Assembly (NCBI GenBank): GCA_036676985.1
Contig: JAKFBU010000004.1
Span: forward strand, 32,001-96,000
DNA: 64,000 bases
Direction of reading: 5' to 3'
Origin: Candidatus Sericytochromatia bacterium
GTDB lineage: Bacteria; Cyanobacteriota; Sericytochromatia; S15B-MN24; UBA4093
Part shown: positions 18,096 through 26,135 of the stretch, piece by piece
How positions within the stretch are numbered: position 1 is the stretch's first letter
How the letters are laid out: each line of letters opens with the position of its first letter
Made by a program: the position numbers and the translations under genes
The notes under the pieces: generated by a model
What the model saw: the letters and a program-made list of their open reading frames with translations, nothing else
Told to the model about the DNA's origin: nothing
Databases searched by the model: none

Positions 18096-19793
18096 ATGAT
18101 CAACGGCCTTTCTTCACCGCAACCGACGCCGCAGCGGCTCGAACGTGCCCCGCTTCCCGTGGACGCCAAGCAGATCCAGGAAGCATCCGGTGGCGTGATG
18201 ACCCGTGATGCGCTCCGCAAGACAGCCGAGGCCAAGCTGGAGAACCGCAATGTCTTTGCGCTGCTGGATGGCGGCGACCTGAACGACATGCTGCGCAACG
18301 GGACGCTGTTGCCCGAACGGGCTCATTTCACGCTCGATCGGCCCCGTTTCGTGGAGAATTCCGTGCCCCTCGTGGTGCAACTCTCCGAGAACGGTAAACA
18401 GGCGCTCCTGAACGCCGACCCAGCCTTTGCCGAGGCACTGGTCGGCGACAGCTTGCAAGGTATCAAGCCCACTACCCCGTTCCGGCTCGACTCCCACGTC
18501 GCCGAGATTCTCCTGTTTGCAGAGGACAGGGAGAAGCTCTTCACGGCTTACGCCGAGAAGGCCGCCAAGGGTGAGGTGCCAGAGACGATCGCGGGTATGC
18601 CCTTCAAGACCTACTTCGAGCAGCACATCAAGGGCGCCGACGACGTGATGGCGGAGGTGGAGCTCCAGAATTTCCGGAAGCTGATTCCGGGGTTCACGAG
18701 CCTGCCGCCCACCGAGCAGCGGGTGCGCGCGGCGCTGGGTGGGAAAATGGCCGACTATTTACCCTCGGTCCTCCCCGCGGATGTGCGACGTCAGATGGCG
18801 AATACGATGATCCGCCACCAGACCTTCGACCGGGCCACTCCCGGTAGGGGGCTGGAGGTGGCCGGCGAGATCAAGGAGTTCTTCCACGGGACGACCTCGG
18901 GCAAGCTGATCTCGCGCACCGGCTTCCGAATGCAGCCCGAATTGCTCTTCAGTAAGCTGCCCAAACGGGCGCAAAACGTCTTGGAGGATAAATTCAGGAT
19001 CCGGTTCCGATCGGCGTTCGGCATGGGGGTGTATACCGGCAACGCGACGGTCGCCAGCCGCTATGCCGCCATCAAGTCCCAAAACGCGACGAGCCCCGTT
19101 CATGTCGTCAGCGGCTTGATGGCCCTGGGCAAGACGACCGTGAATGACCTCGCCGAGGACAAGCTTGCCCATACGCGGATCGTTTCGGGACAGGATTTGG
19201 AAGGTAAGTACTTCATCACTCGCGAGCCCAAGCGTTTCACCGTCAAGGGCCTGACGACCCTGGATCCCAGGCAGACCGACGGCTGGATGCGCCATTTTCC
19301 CCAGCTCCTGAAGGCCCATTCGGCCGATCCGTTCGAGATCGGGAAGCTGTTCGATCGGTTGCCGCAAGGTCCGGCCCAGCGTGCGCTCAATGAGACTCTC
19401 AAGGGGCGCGACCCCGCGACGGTGAGGAGTGCGACCCTCTTGTTGGCTCGCCGCGGTGATGAAAAGGCACTGGCCTCTACCATGAAACTGTTGGAGGGCG
19501 TGGCCTCGCCCATGGAGCGAGAGGTGATTCAGGATACGCTCATGGCGGCTCTCAAGTCGATTGGGCCCGGACACGCCGACCGGACGCGACCCATCGCCGA
19601 GGCGGTGCTGCGGCTGCCTCCCGGTCATCGGTTCTCGCCCGAGAGTCTTGCCGAGTCCCTTTTTGAGACGCTCGGCGCGGAAATCCGGCCCTTGGTCGCG
19701 CGCCACGGTCTCCAACTCCCCCCCGCACCCGCCGAAGGGGCGCTGGCGCGGGCTTGGCAGACTGCAGCCAAGGGCTTCAGGCGCCTGCTGTAA
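18096..19793 (+). CDS. Protein with a central PARP-like ADP-ribosyltransferase domain and C-terminal HEAT-like helices
   Basis: FFHGTT...I...GF, FGMGVY, A..YA and V...ALGK motifs in PARP order; LKGRDPATVRSATLLLARRGD HEAT-like unit; atypical codon usage. Confidence 0.6.
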   Translation: MINGLSSPQPTPQRLERAPLPVDAKQIQEASGGVMTRDALRKTAEAKLENRNVFALLDGGDLNDMLRNGTLLPERAHFTLDRPRFVENSVPLVVQLSENGKQALLNADPAFAEALVGDSLQGIKPTTPFRLDSHVAEILLFAEDREKLFTAYAEKAAKGEVPETIAGMPFKTYFEQHIKGADDVMAEVELQNFRKLIPGFTSLPPTEQRVRAALGGKMADYLPSVLPADVRRQMANTMIRHQTFDRATPGRGLEVAGEIKEFFHGTTSGKLISRTGFRMQPELLFSKLPKRAQNVLEDKFRIRFRSAFGMGVYTGNATVASRYAAIKSQNATSPVHVVSGLMALGKTTVNDLAEDKLAHTRIVSGQDLEGKYFITREPKRFTVKGLTTLDPRQTDGWMRHFPQLLKAHSADPFEIGKLFDRLPQGPAQRALNETLKGRDPATVRSATLLLARRGDEKALASTMKLLEGVASPMEREVIQDTLMAALKSIGPGHADRTRPIAEAVLRLPPGHRFSPESLAESLFETLGAEIRPLVARHGLQLPPAPAEGALARAWQTAAKGFRRLL

Positions 19794-19814
19794 CGCCACT
19801 TATGCCTCACTGAA

Positions 19815-19962
19815 GGAGCCCGCCGGGTGTGCGTCCGGCGGGCTTCTGGGTTCAGAGAGGTGAGGTGGTGCGCTCTTGATGCTCTCAGGATGCCACACCT
19901 TCGCTCGATCGGCTGTCGGGACGATCGCTCCGCCCGTGTGAGCCTGCTTTCGCTCGCTTGCC
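19815..19962 (-). ncRNA. Repeat R2: putative promoter plus small RNA (RNA about 19810-19880)
   Basis: Minus strand: TGGCATCCT, ATCAAGAGCGCACCACCTCACCTCTCT, GCCCGCCGG/CCGGCGGGC hairpin. Confidence 0.6.
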
Positions 19963-20021
19963 TACTTCTCGTAGGAGGCGAGGCTCCAGCGCTTACTTCA
20001 CCAATTGATCGTGGGAACTTA

Positions 20022-20048
20022 AAGTCGCCATAAGAATGCTGGCGACTT
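20022..20048. promoter_or_regulatory. Inverted repeat, candidate operator
   Basis: AAGTCGCCA-N9-TGGCGACTT, perfect, between R2 and the phospholipase D gene. Confidence 0.45.
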
Positions 20049-20118
20049 AACACCGCGATAACAGCCTTGTCGCAAGGGACGATTGATTGCTTTTAGGCTA
20101 GACGGGGACGGTGCCGCG

Positions 20119-21363
20119 ATGCTCGACAATCTGCAGATGATCTATCGCATGGTCCGGAACGACGCTCCGAAGCGTGCCAAGGCGCTCGCCGCGTCCCCCG
20201 TCAAGTCGACCGTCCGCGCCGTTAGCCGCAGCGCGATGACGCCCGACGTGTTCATGCGCGGCCAGCTGCCGGCTCTCCAGGGCGTCCTGATCGATGGCGC
20301 GCAGGCCTTCTCGACCTTCAAGAACACCCTCTCGGGCGCCAAGAAGAGCATCTTGCTCGAGACCTTCACCTTCAAGGACGATGCCACCGGGCGCGAGATC
20401 GCCGACCTGCTCGTCAAGAAGCGGAGCCAGGGCGTGGACATCAAGGTCCTGCTCGATACCTACGGCACGGCGACCAACCTGCCGGATGCTCCGCACCTCC
20501 CGCTCTACCAGTTTCTCCACGAGAACGGCGTCGAGGTGCGGCTGCACAACCCCGAGGTCTTCTCGCTCAAGGAGGGGATGCCCCTCACCCATCGCAAGCT
20601 CACGATCGTCGACAACAAGCGCTTCCTCACCGGCGGCATGAACATCTCGGATCGCTACTCCAAGGAGTGGCACGACACCATGATCCGGGTGGATGGTCCC
20701 TCGACTCGCGAGGCCGTCGCGGCCTTCAACCGCAACTGGACCCGCGCGGGTGGCGAGGCCCTCCCCTTGCCGACCTTCAACCTGGCGGACCCCCGGGTCA
20801 AGGTGGTCTTCAACGATCCGCAGGCCAAGGAGTTCGGTCTGACCGAGGCCGTCTTCGGCGAGCTGCGCCAGGCCAAGAACCAGATCCGGATCATGGTGCC
20901 CTACCTGTCCGATCGCAAGCTGATGGACGAGCTGATCGCGGCACGGCAGCGCGGGGTTCGGGTCGAGGCCCTCTTGCCCAAGATGAACGACGAGAAGGTC
21001 TACGGCGACCTCAACAACGCGATCGCCCAGGAGCTCCTGGAAAACGGCGTCAAGGTCAAGTGGTACACCGGCAAGGACGTGCCGGGGCTCGCCAAGGAGC
21101 ACTTCAGCCACACCAAGGCGATGATCCTCGACCAGGACACGCTCATCATGGGCTCGGCCAACGCCGATAGCCGCTCCTTCAACGGCAACCACGAGTTGAA
21201 CGTCATCATCAAGGATCCGCACGTGGTCCAGGACGCCAAGCAGCGCCTCTGGCTGGCGGATTGGACCGCCAGCAAGCCCGCCAACCTCGAAGAGCTCCAG
21301 AATGCGAGCCTCTCGGACAAGGTCAAGCGCGGGGCCTGGAAGCTGCTTTCCCCCTTGCTCTAA
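20119..21363 (+). CDS. Phospholipase D / cardiolipin synthase-like (ClsB-type, no transmembrane helices)
   Basis: Two HKD motifs: HRKLTIVD...GGMN and HTKAMILD...GSAN. Confidence 0.88.
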   Translation: MLDNLQMIYRMVRNDAPKRAKALAASPVKSTVRAVSRSAMTPDVFMRGQLPALQGVLIDGAQAFSTFKNTLSGAKKSILLETFTFKDDATGREIADLLVKKRSQGVDIKVLLDTYGTATNLPDAPHLPLYQFLHENGVEVRLHNPEVFSLKEGMPLTHRKLTIVDNKRFLTGGMNISDRYSKEWHDTMIRVDGPSTREAVAAFNRNWTRAGGEALPLPTFNLADPRVKVVFNDPQAKEFGLTEAVFGELRQAKNQIRIMVPYLSDRKLMDELIAARQRGVRVEALLPKMNDEKVYGDLNNAIAQELLENGVKVKWYTGKDVPGLAKEHFSHTKAMILDQDTLIMGSANADSRSFNGNHELNVIIKDPHVVQDAKQRLWLADWTASKPANLEELQNASLSDKVKRGAWKLLSPLL

Positions 21364-21487
21364 GGACGGCATGTCCGTCGCTGGCGAGCGCGAGGATCCG
21401 CCACGCGTCGTGCAACCGGCGCCTTCCCGATGGGGCCTGTAAGCGACCCTCACGCTCAGCAGGAAGCCGACGAACTCCGGAAACGAC

Positions 21488-21635
21488 GAAGCCCGCCGGG
21501 TGTGCGACCGGCGGGCTTCTGGTTTCAGAGAGGTGAGGTGGTGCGCTCTTGATGTTCTCAGGATGCCATACCTTCGCTCGAGCGGCAGTCGGGACGATCG
21601 CTCCGCCCGTGTGAGCCTGCTTTCGCTCGCTTGCC
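21488..21635 (-). ncRNA. Repeat R3: putative promoter plus small RNA (RNA about 21482-21553)
   Basis: Nearly identical to R2; hairpin 21488-21519. Confidence 0.6.
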
Positions 21636-21655
21636 TGCTAACCGGCAAAAGGGAT

Positions 21656-21795
21656 GGCCCGCCGGGTGTGCGACCGGCGGGCCTTGGGTCAGAGAGGTGA
21701 GGTGGTGTTGATGCTCTTAGGATGCCACACCTCCAAAGGATCGGCTGTCGGTGCGATCGCTTCTCCCGTGTGACCTTGCTATCGTTCGCTTGGCC
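21656..21795 (-). ncRNA. Repeat R4: putative promoter plus small RNA (RNA about 21647-21712), in tandem with R3
   Basis: Same hairpin, CACCACCTCACCTCTCT core and TGGCATCCT. Its upstream block overlaps the stop codon of the CCA-type gene. Confidence 0.6.
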
Positions 21796-23212
21796 GGCCC
21801 TCGGCCCCCAGGTGCCGCGAGGCAAAGGCGATCGCCTCCTCCCGGCTCGCGACCTCCCCGCGGAGCTGCGCCTCGATCACCCGGTTAAGCAGCACGCCGA
21901 TGTGCTTGCCCGGCTTGAGGTCCAGCTCGCGCATGAGATCCTTGCCGTCGACGAGCCGCTGCGGCGCCGTGTAGGCTCCATCCGGTCGGTAGTAGGCCGA
22001 CAGGAGCGCGGGCAGGACCGTGGCCAGCTCGGCCGCAATGGGGCGCTCGGCGGCCTCCTGGAGCGCGAGGCTCAGGAGCAGGAGCGCCGCGCTCGCGTCC
22101 CCTGCTGCTTGAAAGAAGCGGTAGAGGGCCACCGGGTCGTCGGGCGTCCTGGTGAGCCCTTCCGGCAGCCGCTGGAGCCGCACCAGGCGCACGAGGAAAT
22201 CCCGGGCCTTGGCCGATAGCTTCAGGCGGGTCGCGATCGCCTCCACGCGCTTGGCGCCTTCGGCCTCGTACCCGTCGTAGGAGACGGCCCCGTCTGCTCC
22301 GTAGGTCGTGCAGAAGGGCTTGCCCACCTCATGCAGGAGGGCCGCGAGCCGGAGCATGACCTCGGCCGTGGCGCCGCCGCCGAGGTCCCGGGCCAGATCC
22401 GCCCGGACCTCGGCGTCATGGGTCGGCCGGCGCGCGTCGAGGCGGCGGACGGTTTCCAGCGCATGGGCCCGCCCGTTCATCCGGGGGCTCGCCACCCGCT
22501 GGAGCATGGTGAACTCCGGCACGAGCACCATGAGCACCCCGATCCCGAACAGCCGCTCGATCCACCGGAAGGCCTGCGGCAACGCCAGGATCTTGAGGAG
22601 CTCGGCCGTCGTGCGCTCCGCGGCCACGTCCAGGAGCTTGCGCTTGTAGGTCTCGACCCACTGCAGGGTCTCGAAGTCGATGTCGAAGTCCAGCGCCGCG
22701 GCGAAGCGGAACACCCGGATCAGCCGGGCGGGATCGGCCAGGAGGTTGTCGTCGCTGATGGCCCGGACGGTGCGCCGGGCGAGATCCACCAGGCCGCCCG
22801 CGGGATCGAGGGGCTCGGGCTGCGCCACGCGCTGCCCGTTGCGCACCAGGGGCAGGGCGATCGCGTTGATCGTGAGGTCCCGCTGCAGGAGATCCGCCTC
22901 CAGGTCCGCACCCTGCAAGCGCGCCAGGTCGAGGACCGCCCCCGAGTCGAGCACGACCCGCACGATGCCGAACTCCGCGTCCAAAAGGACGTAGTGGCCC
23001 TTGAGGGCGCGGGCGATCGCCTTGCCCAGGACTTCGGGATCGGCCGAGGTCACGAGATCGACGTCGAGCTGGGCGCGACCCAGGAGGGCGTCCCGCACGT
23101 AGCCGCCGACTAGCCACAGATCGCCGCCCAGCTGGGCGGCCTGGTCGCAGCAGGCGGCGAAAAGGGGCGCGGGTTCTAGGGGAACGTTCGGAGGTTGGGC
23201 AGAAAAGGGCAT
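21779..23212 (-). CDS. tRNA nucleotidyltransferase / poly(A) polymerase family protein with a degenerate HD region
   Basis: VGGYVRDALL...DVDL, DL..RDLTINAIA, DPAGG..DL, DPARLIR..RFAA, ER..AEL; C-terminal GKDLM..L.LKPG..IG. Confidence 0.88.
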   Translation of the reverse strand: MPFSAQPPNVPLEPAPLFAACCDQAAQLGGDLWLVGGYVRDALLGRAQLDVDLVTSADPEVLGKAIARALKGHYVLLDAEFGIVRVVLDSGAVLDLARLQGADLEADLLQRDLTINAIALPLVRNGQRVAQPEPLDPAGGLVDLARRTVRAISDDNLLADPARLIRVFRFAAALDFDIDFETLQWVETYKRKLLDVAAERTTAELLKILALPQAFRWIERLFGIGVLMVLVPEFTMLQRVASPRMNGRAHALETVRRLDARRPTHDAEVRADLARDLGGGATAEVMLRLAALLHEVGKPFCTTYGADGAVSYDGYEAEGAKRVEAIATRLKLSAKARDFLVRLVRLQRLPEGLTRTPDDPVALYRFFQAAGDASAALLLLSLALQEAAERPIAAELATVLPALLSAYYRPDGAYTAPQRLVDGKDLMRELDLKPGKHIGVLLNRVIEAQLRGEVASREEAIAFASRHLGAEGRPSER

Positions 23213-23321
23213 GATCGGTACCTCGGCCCCTCATCATGCCACCTGCGACGGAGGGCTGTAAACCGGACAAGAAGTGGTACAATACGCGCGTCATCCTCGT
23301 CTCGACCGAAAGGGAGCGTCA

Positions 23322-24587
23322 ATGGCGACCGGGACCTTGTACACGTCCATCAACCACCTCGAGAAGTCGCGCCTGCAACTCGACAAGTGCGGTGAGCTGC
23401 TCGGCCTCGATGCCGGCATGCTCGAGCGGCTGGGCACGCCGGACAAGGTGTTCCAGACCCACAGCCCCATCCGCATGGATGACGGCTCGGTGCGCATGTT
23501 CCCGGGCTACCGGGTCCAGCACAACAACATCCTCGGCCCCTACACGGGCGGGATCCGCTTCCACCCCACGGTCGACCTCAACAAGATCACGTCGCTCGCC
23601 ATGCTCATGACCTGGCAGTGCTCCCTGGTGGGCCTGCCCTACGGCGGCGCCAAGGGCGGCATCACAGTCGATCCCCATCAGCTCTCGGTCGCCGAGCTGG
23701 AGCGCCTGACCCGCCGCTATACCTCGGACATGGTGCTCGTCTTCGACCCCCACAAGGACATCCCCTCGCCCGACGTGAACACCCACTCGCGCGAGATGGC
23801 CTGGATCATGGACACCTGGAGCACCAACCACGGCTACGCCGCCCCCGGCGTGGTCACGGGCAAGCCCGTCGCCATCGGCGGTACGGTCGGCCGCTCCAAC
23901 GCCACGGGCCGCGGCGTCGTCATGACCCTCGACGATCTGCTCAAGTTCGTGGGCAAGGACTGGCAGGGCCTGCGCATCGCCATCCAGGGCTTCGGCAAGC
24001 TGGGCTCGGTGACGGCCCGGCTCGCACACGAGCGCGGCGCCAAGGTGGTGGCCATCTCGGACATCACGGGCGGCCTCTACCGCGAGGACGGCCTGGACAT
24101 CCCGGACGTCATCGGCTACACCAAGGCCCACCGCTTCCTCAAGGGCTACCAGGAGGCGCAGTCCATCACCGAAGAGGAGCTCCTCTACCTGCCCTGCGAC
24201 GTGCTGATCCCGGCGTCCCTGGGCGCCCAGATCCACGCCGCCAACGCCCACAAGATCCAGGCCTCCATCGTGGTCGAGGGCGCCAACGCGCCCGTGACCT
24301 TCGAGGCGGACGCCGTCCTCGAGGAGCGGGGCGTCATCGTCCTGCCGGACATCCTCGCCAACGCGGGCGGCGTGGTCGTCAGCTACTTCGAGTGGGTCCA
24401 GGGCACCCAGCAGCTCTTCTGGACCGAGGACGAGGTCAACGAGCGCCTGCAATCGGTCCTGAGCCGCGCGTTCCAGCGGGTGGCCGCCAACGTCACCAGC
24501 AAGGGCCTCTCCTTCCGCATGGGCGCCTACGTGGAGGCCGTTGGCCGCGTGGCAAACGCCCTCTCGCTGCGGGGGCTCTACCCCTAG
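23322..24587 (+). CDS. Glu/Leu/Phe/Val dehydrogenase family protein with substituted substrate-binding lysines
   Basis: GYRVQHN, GGIRFHP, PYGGAKGG, VTGKP, ATGRGV, EGANAP, PDILANAGGVVVSYFEWVQ. GPYTGG and MTWQ replace the usual GPxKGG and MTWK. Confidence 0.9.
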   Translation: MATGTLYTSINHLEKSRLQLDKCGELLGLDAGMLERLGTPDKVFQTHSPIRMDDGSVRMFPGYRVQHNNILGPYTGGIRFHPTVDLNKITSLAMLMTWQCSLVGLPYGGAKGGITVDPHQLSVAELERLTRRYTSDMVLVFDPHKDIPSPDVNTHSREMAWIMDTWSTNHGYAAPGVVTGKPVAIGGTVGRSNATGRGVVMTLDDLLKFVGKDWQGLRIAIQGFGKLGSVTARLAHERGAKVVAISDITGGLYREDGLDIPDVIGYTKAHRFLKGYQEAQSITEEELLYLPCDVLIPASLGAQIHAANAHKIQASIVVEGANAPVTFEADAVLEERGVIVLPDILANAGGVVVSYFEWVQGTQQLFWTEDEVNERLQSVLSRAFQRVAANVTSKGLSFRMGAYVEAVGRVANALSLRGLYP

Positions 24588-24616
24588 GGCCGACTCGCTA
24601 CAGTCGGCGATTCCAG

Positions 24617-24656
24617 GCGAGGTTCGACGGACGAGACGTCCGTCGAACCTCGCTTT
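24617..24656 (+). terminator. Long perfect hairpin downstream of the dehydrogenase gene
   Basis: 17-bp perfect stem GCGAGGTTCGACGGACG-AGA-CGTCCGTCGAACCTCGC followed by TTT. Confidence 0.55.
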
Positions 24657-24660
24657 CGCG

Positions 24661-24689
24661 TTGACCATCCCCGCCGGGAGCGCCATAAT
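24661..24689 (+). promoter_or_regulatory. Sigma70-type promoter
   Basis: TTGACC-N17-CATAAT upstream of the DUF5335/ROK/pfkB cluster. Confidence 0.6.
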
Positions 24690-24768
24690 TCACGTATCTT
24701 TACAATCTCTCGTCGGCCTCCGGCGGATGCCCGGCCGGCGGGCGGGATGCGAGGCAAGGAGAGGGGTC

Positions 24769-25125
24769 ATGAGAACGCGCGAGATCGATCGGCCCATGTG
24801 GAACGCCTACATGGCCCAGATCAGCAACCTGTGCATGAACCGTCCCATCACCCTGGAGATCGTCAGCGAGGAGCTCGGCGACCAGATGGTGGCGAACCAC
24901 GTGCCCTTCATGGGCATGGCGCCCGAGCAGAAGGGATCGGCCGCCTGCGCGGTGGACATCGAGCTGGGCCGCCTGGGATCGACCGACCACCTGATGCAGG
25001 AGATCGCCTGCGCCACGCGCGTCGTCGTCCGGGAGGACGACGACGGCACGCTGATGGCCATGGACATCGAGGGCGAAGACCCCACGACCCACGCCCCGAT
25101 CAAGGCCATCGTGACCTGGGATTAG
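24769..25125 (+). CDS. DUF5335-like protein
   Basis: AAGGAG RBS; MRTREIDR..W..Y...S......ITLEI....LGDQ......PF.G pattern. Confidence 0.6.
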   Translation: MRTREIDRPMWNAYMAQISNLCMNRPITLEIVSEELGDQMVANHVPFMGMAPEQKGSAACAVDIELGRLGSTDHLMQEIACATRVVVREDDDGTLMAMDIEGEDPTTHAPIKAIVTWD

Positions 25126-25156
25126 TCACCCTCCGGAGTGTTCTAAGGGGGATGCC

Positions 25157-26119
25157 GTGGCCTACTACATCGTCGGGATCGACCTCGGCGGCACCAAGAT
25201 CGCGTCGGCGCTGCTCGATACCGACCTCTCGATCGTCAAGAACGACACGGTGCGCACGGACAACAGCCGGGGCCCCGAGGGGGTCGCCGACCAGATGGCC
25301 GAGTCGGTCAAGCGCCTCACGGAGGGCTTGGGCCGCGAGGCGGTCCTGGGGGTGGGCGTCGCGAGCGCCGGCCTCGTGGAGCCCGGTACGGGCAAGGTCC
25401 TCTACTCGCCCAACCTCGACTGGCGGGACGTGCCCCTGCGCGACATGCTCAGCGAGCGGCTCGGCATGGAGGAGGTCTACGTCGACAACGACGTGAACAT
25501 GGCCGCCCTCGGCGAGCTGCACTTCGGCGCGGGCCAGGGGGCGCGGCACATGATCTGCGTCTTCGTGGGCACGGGCATCGGCTCGGGCATCGTCATCGAC
25601 GGCCACCTCTACGCGGGCGCCAACGGCTTTGCGGGCGAGGTGGGCCACACCACCATCGACTGGGACGGGCCGCCCTGCCCGAGCGGCAACCCGGGCTGCT
25701 GGGAGTCCTACGCCTCCGGCACGGCCATGGCCCGCCGGGCCCGGGAGGCCCTGGAGCGGGGCGAGACCTCGATCCTCAAGGACATGGTCGGCGGCGACCT
25801 CGCGCAGCTGCGCGTGGAGACCATCGCCGAGGCCGACCGGGACGGGGACGCGCTGGCCCGCCGGATCCTCGCGGAGACCGGGGAGTACCTGGGTGCCGGC
25901 CTCTCGAACCTCGTCAACACGCTCAACCCCGAGCTCATCGTCATGGGCGGCGGGGTGATCCGCGGGGTGCCCCAGCTCTTCGACCTGGCCGAGGCGAGCA
26001 TGCGGCGCCGGTCGCTGCCCGATGCCGTCGCCGCCGTGCGCACGGCCCGGGCGCACTTCGGCCGGGAGGCGGGCGTCATCGGAGCGGGCGTCCTCGTGAA
26101 GCTCGCGGGCAAGCCGTGA
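25157..26119 (+). CDS. glk: ROK-family sugar kinase (glucokinase)
   Basis: GIDLGGTK, NDVNMAALGE, GTGIGSG, GEVGH, CPSGNPGCWESYASG. Confidence 0.88.
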   Translation: MAYYIVGIDLGGTKIASALLDTDLSIVKNDTVRTDNSRGPEGVADQMAESVKRLTEGLGREAVLGVGVASAGLVEPGTGKVLYSPNLDWRDVPLRDMLSERLGMEEVYVDNDVNMAALGELHFGAGQGARHMICVFVGTGIGSGIVIDGHLYAGANGFAGEVGHTTIDWDGPPCPSGNPGCWESYASGTAMARRAREALERGETSILKDMVGGDLAQLRVETIAEADRDGDALARRILAETGEYLGAGLSNLVNTLNPELIVMGGGVIRGVPQLFDLAEASMRRRSLPDAVAAVRTARAHFGREAGVIGAGVLVKLAGKP

Positions 26120-26135
26120 CCCGACAGGAGGAGCC

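Noticed and set aside
17610-21730. Sigma54 -24/-12 reading (TGGCA, GG-N10-GC) of the R promoters
   Set aside because: The spacing fits in R1, R2 and R4, but the -12 context is AGAGC/ACAGC rather than TTGC and R3 has AC instead of GC. An extended -10 explains all four copies.
17546-21795. R1-R4 as a CRISPR array or integron attC sites
   Set aside because: Units are ~150 bp with kilobase-scale irregular spacing, there are no cas genes, no RYYYAAC/GTTRRRY ends are evident, and no integrase lies in the window.
17670-21800. Sec read-through of the micro-ORF TGA giving U-x-C-(Y/F)-R-x-L
   Set aside because: Downstream lengths differ among copies, there is no consistent SECIS-like hairpin, and in R4 the region overlaps the stop of the opposite-strand gene. 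DNA-level conservation explains it.
24589-24660. Possible tRNA because of GGTTCGA
   Set aside because: The motif sits in a perfect 17-bp hairpin, with no cloverleaf, D-arm or CCA end.
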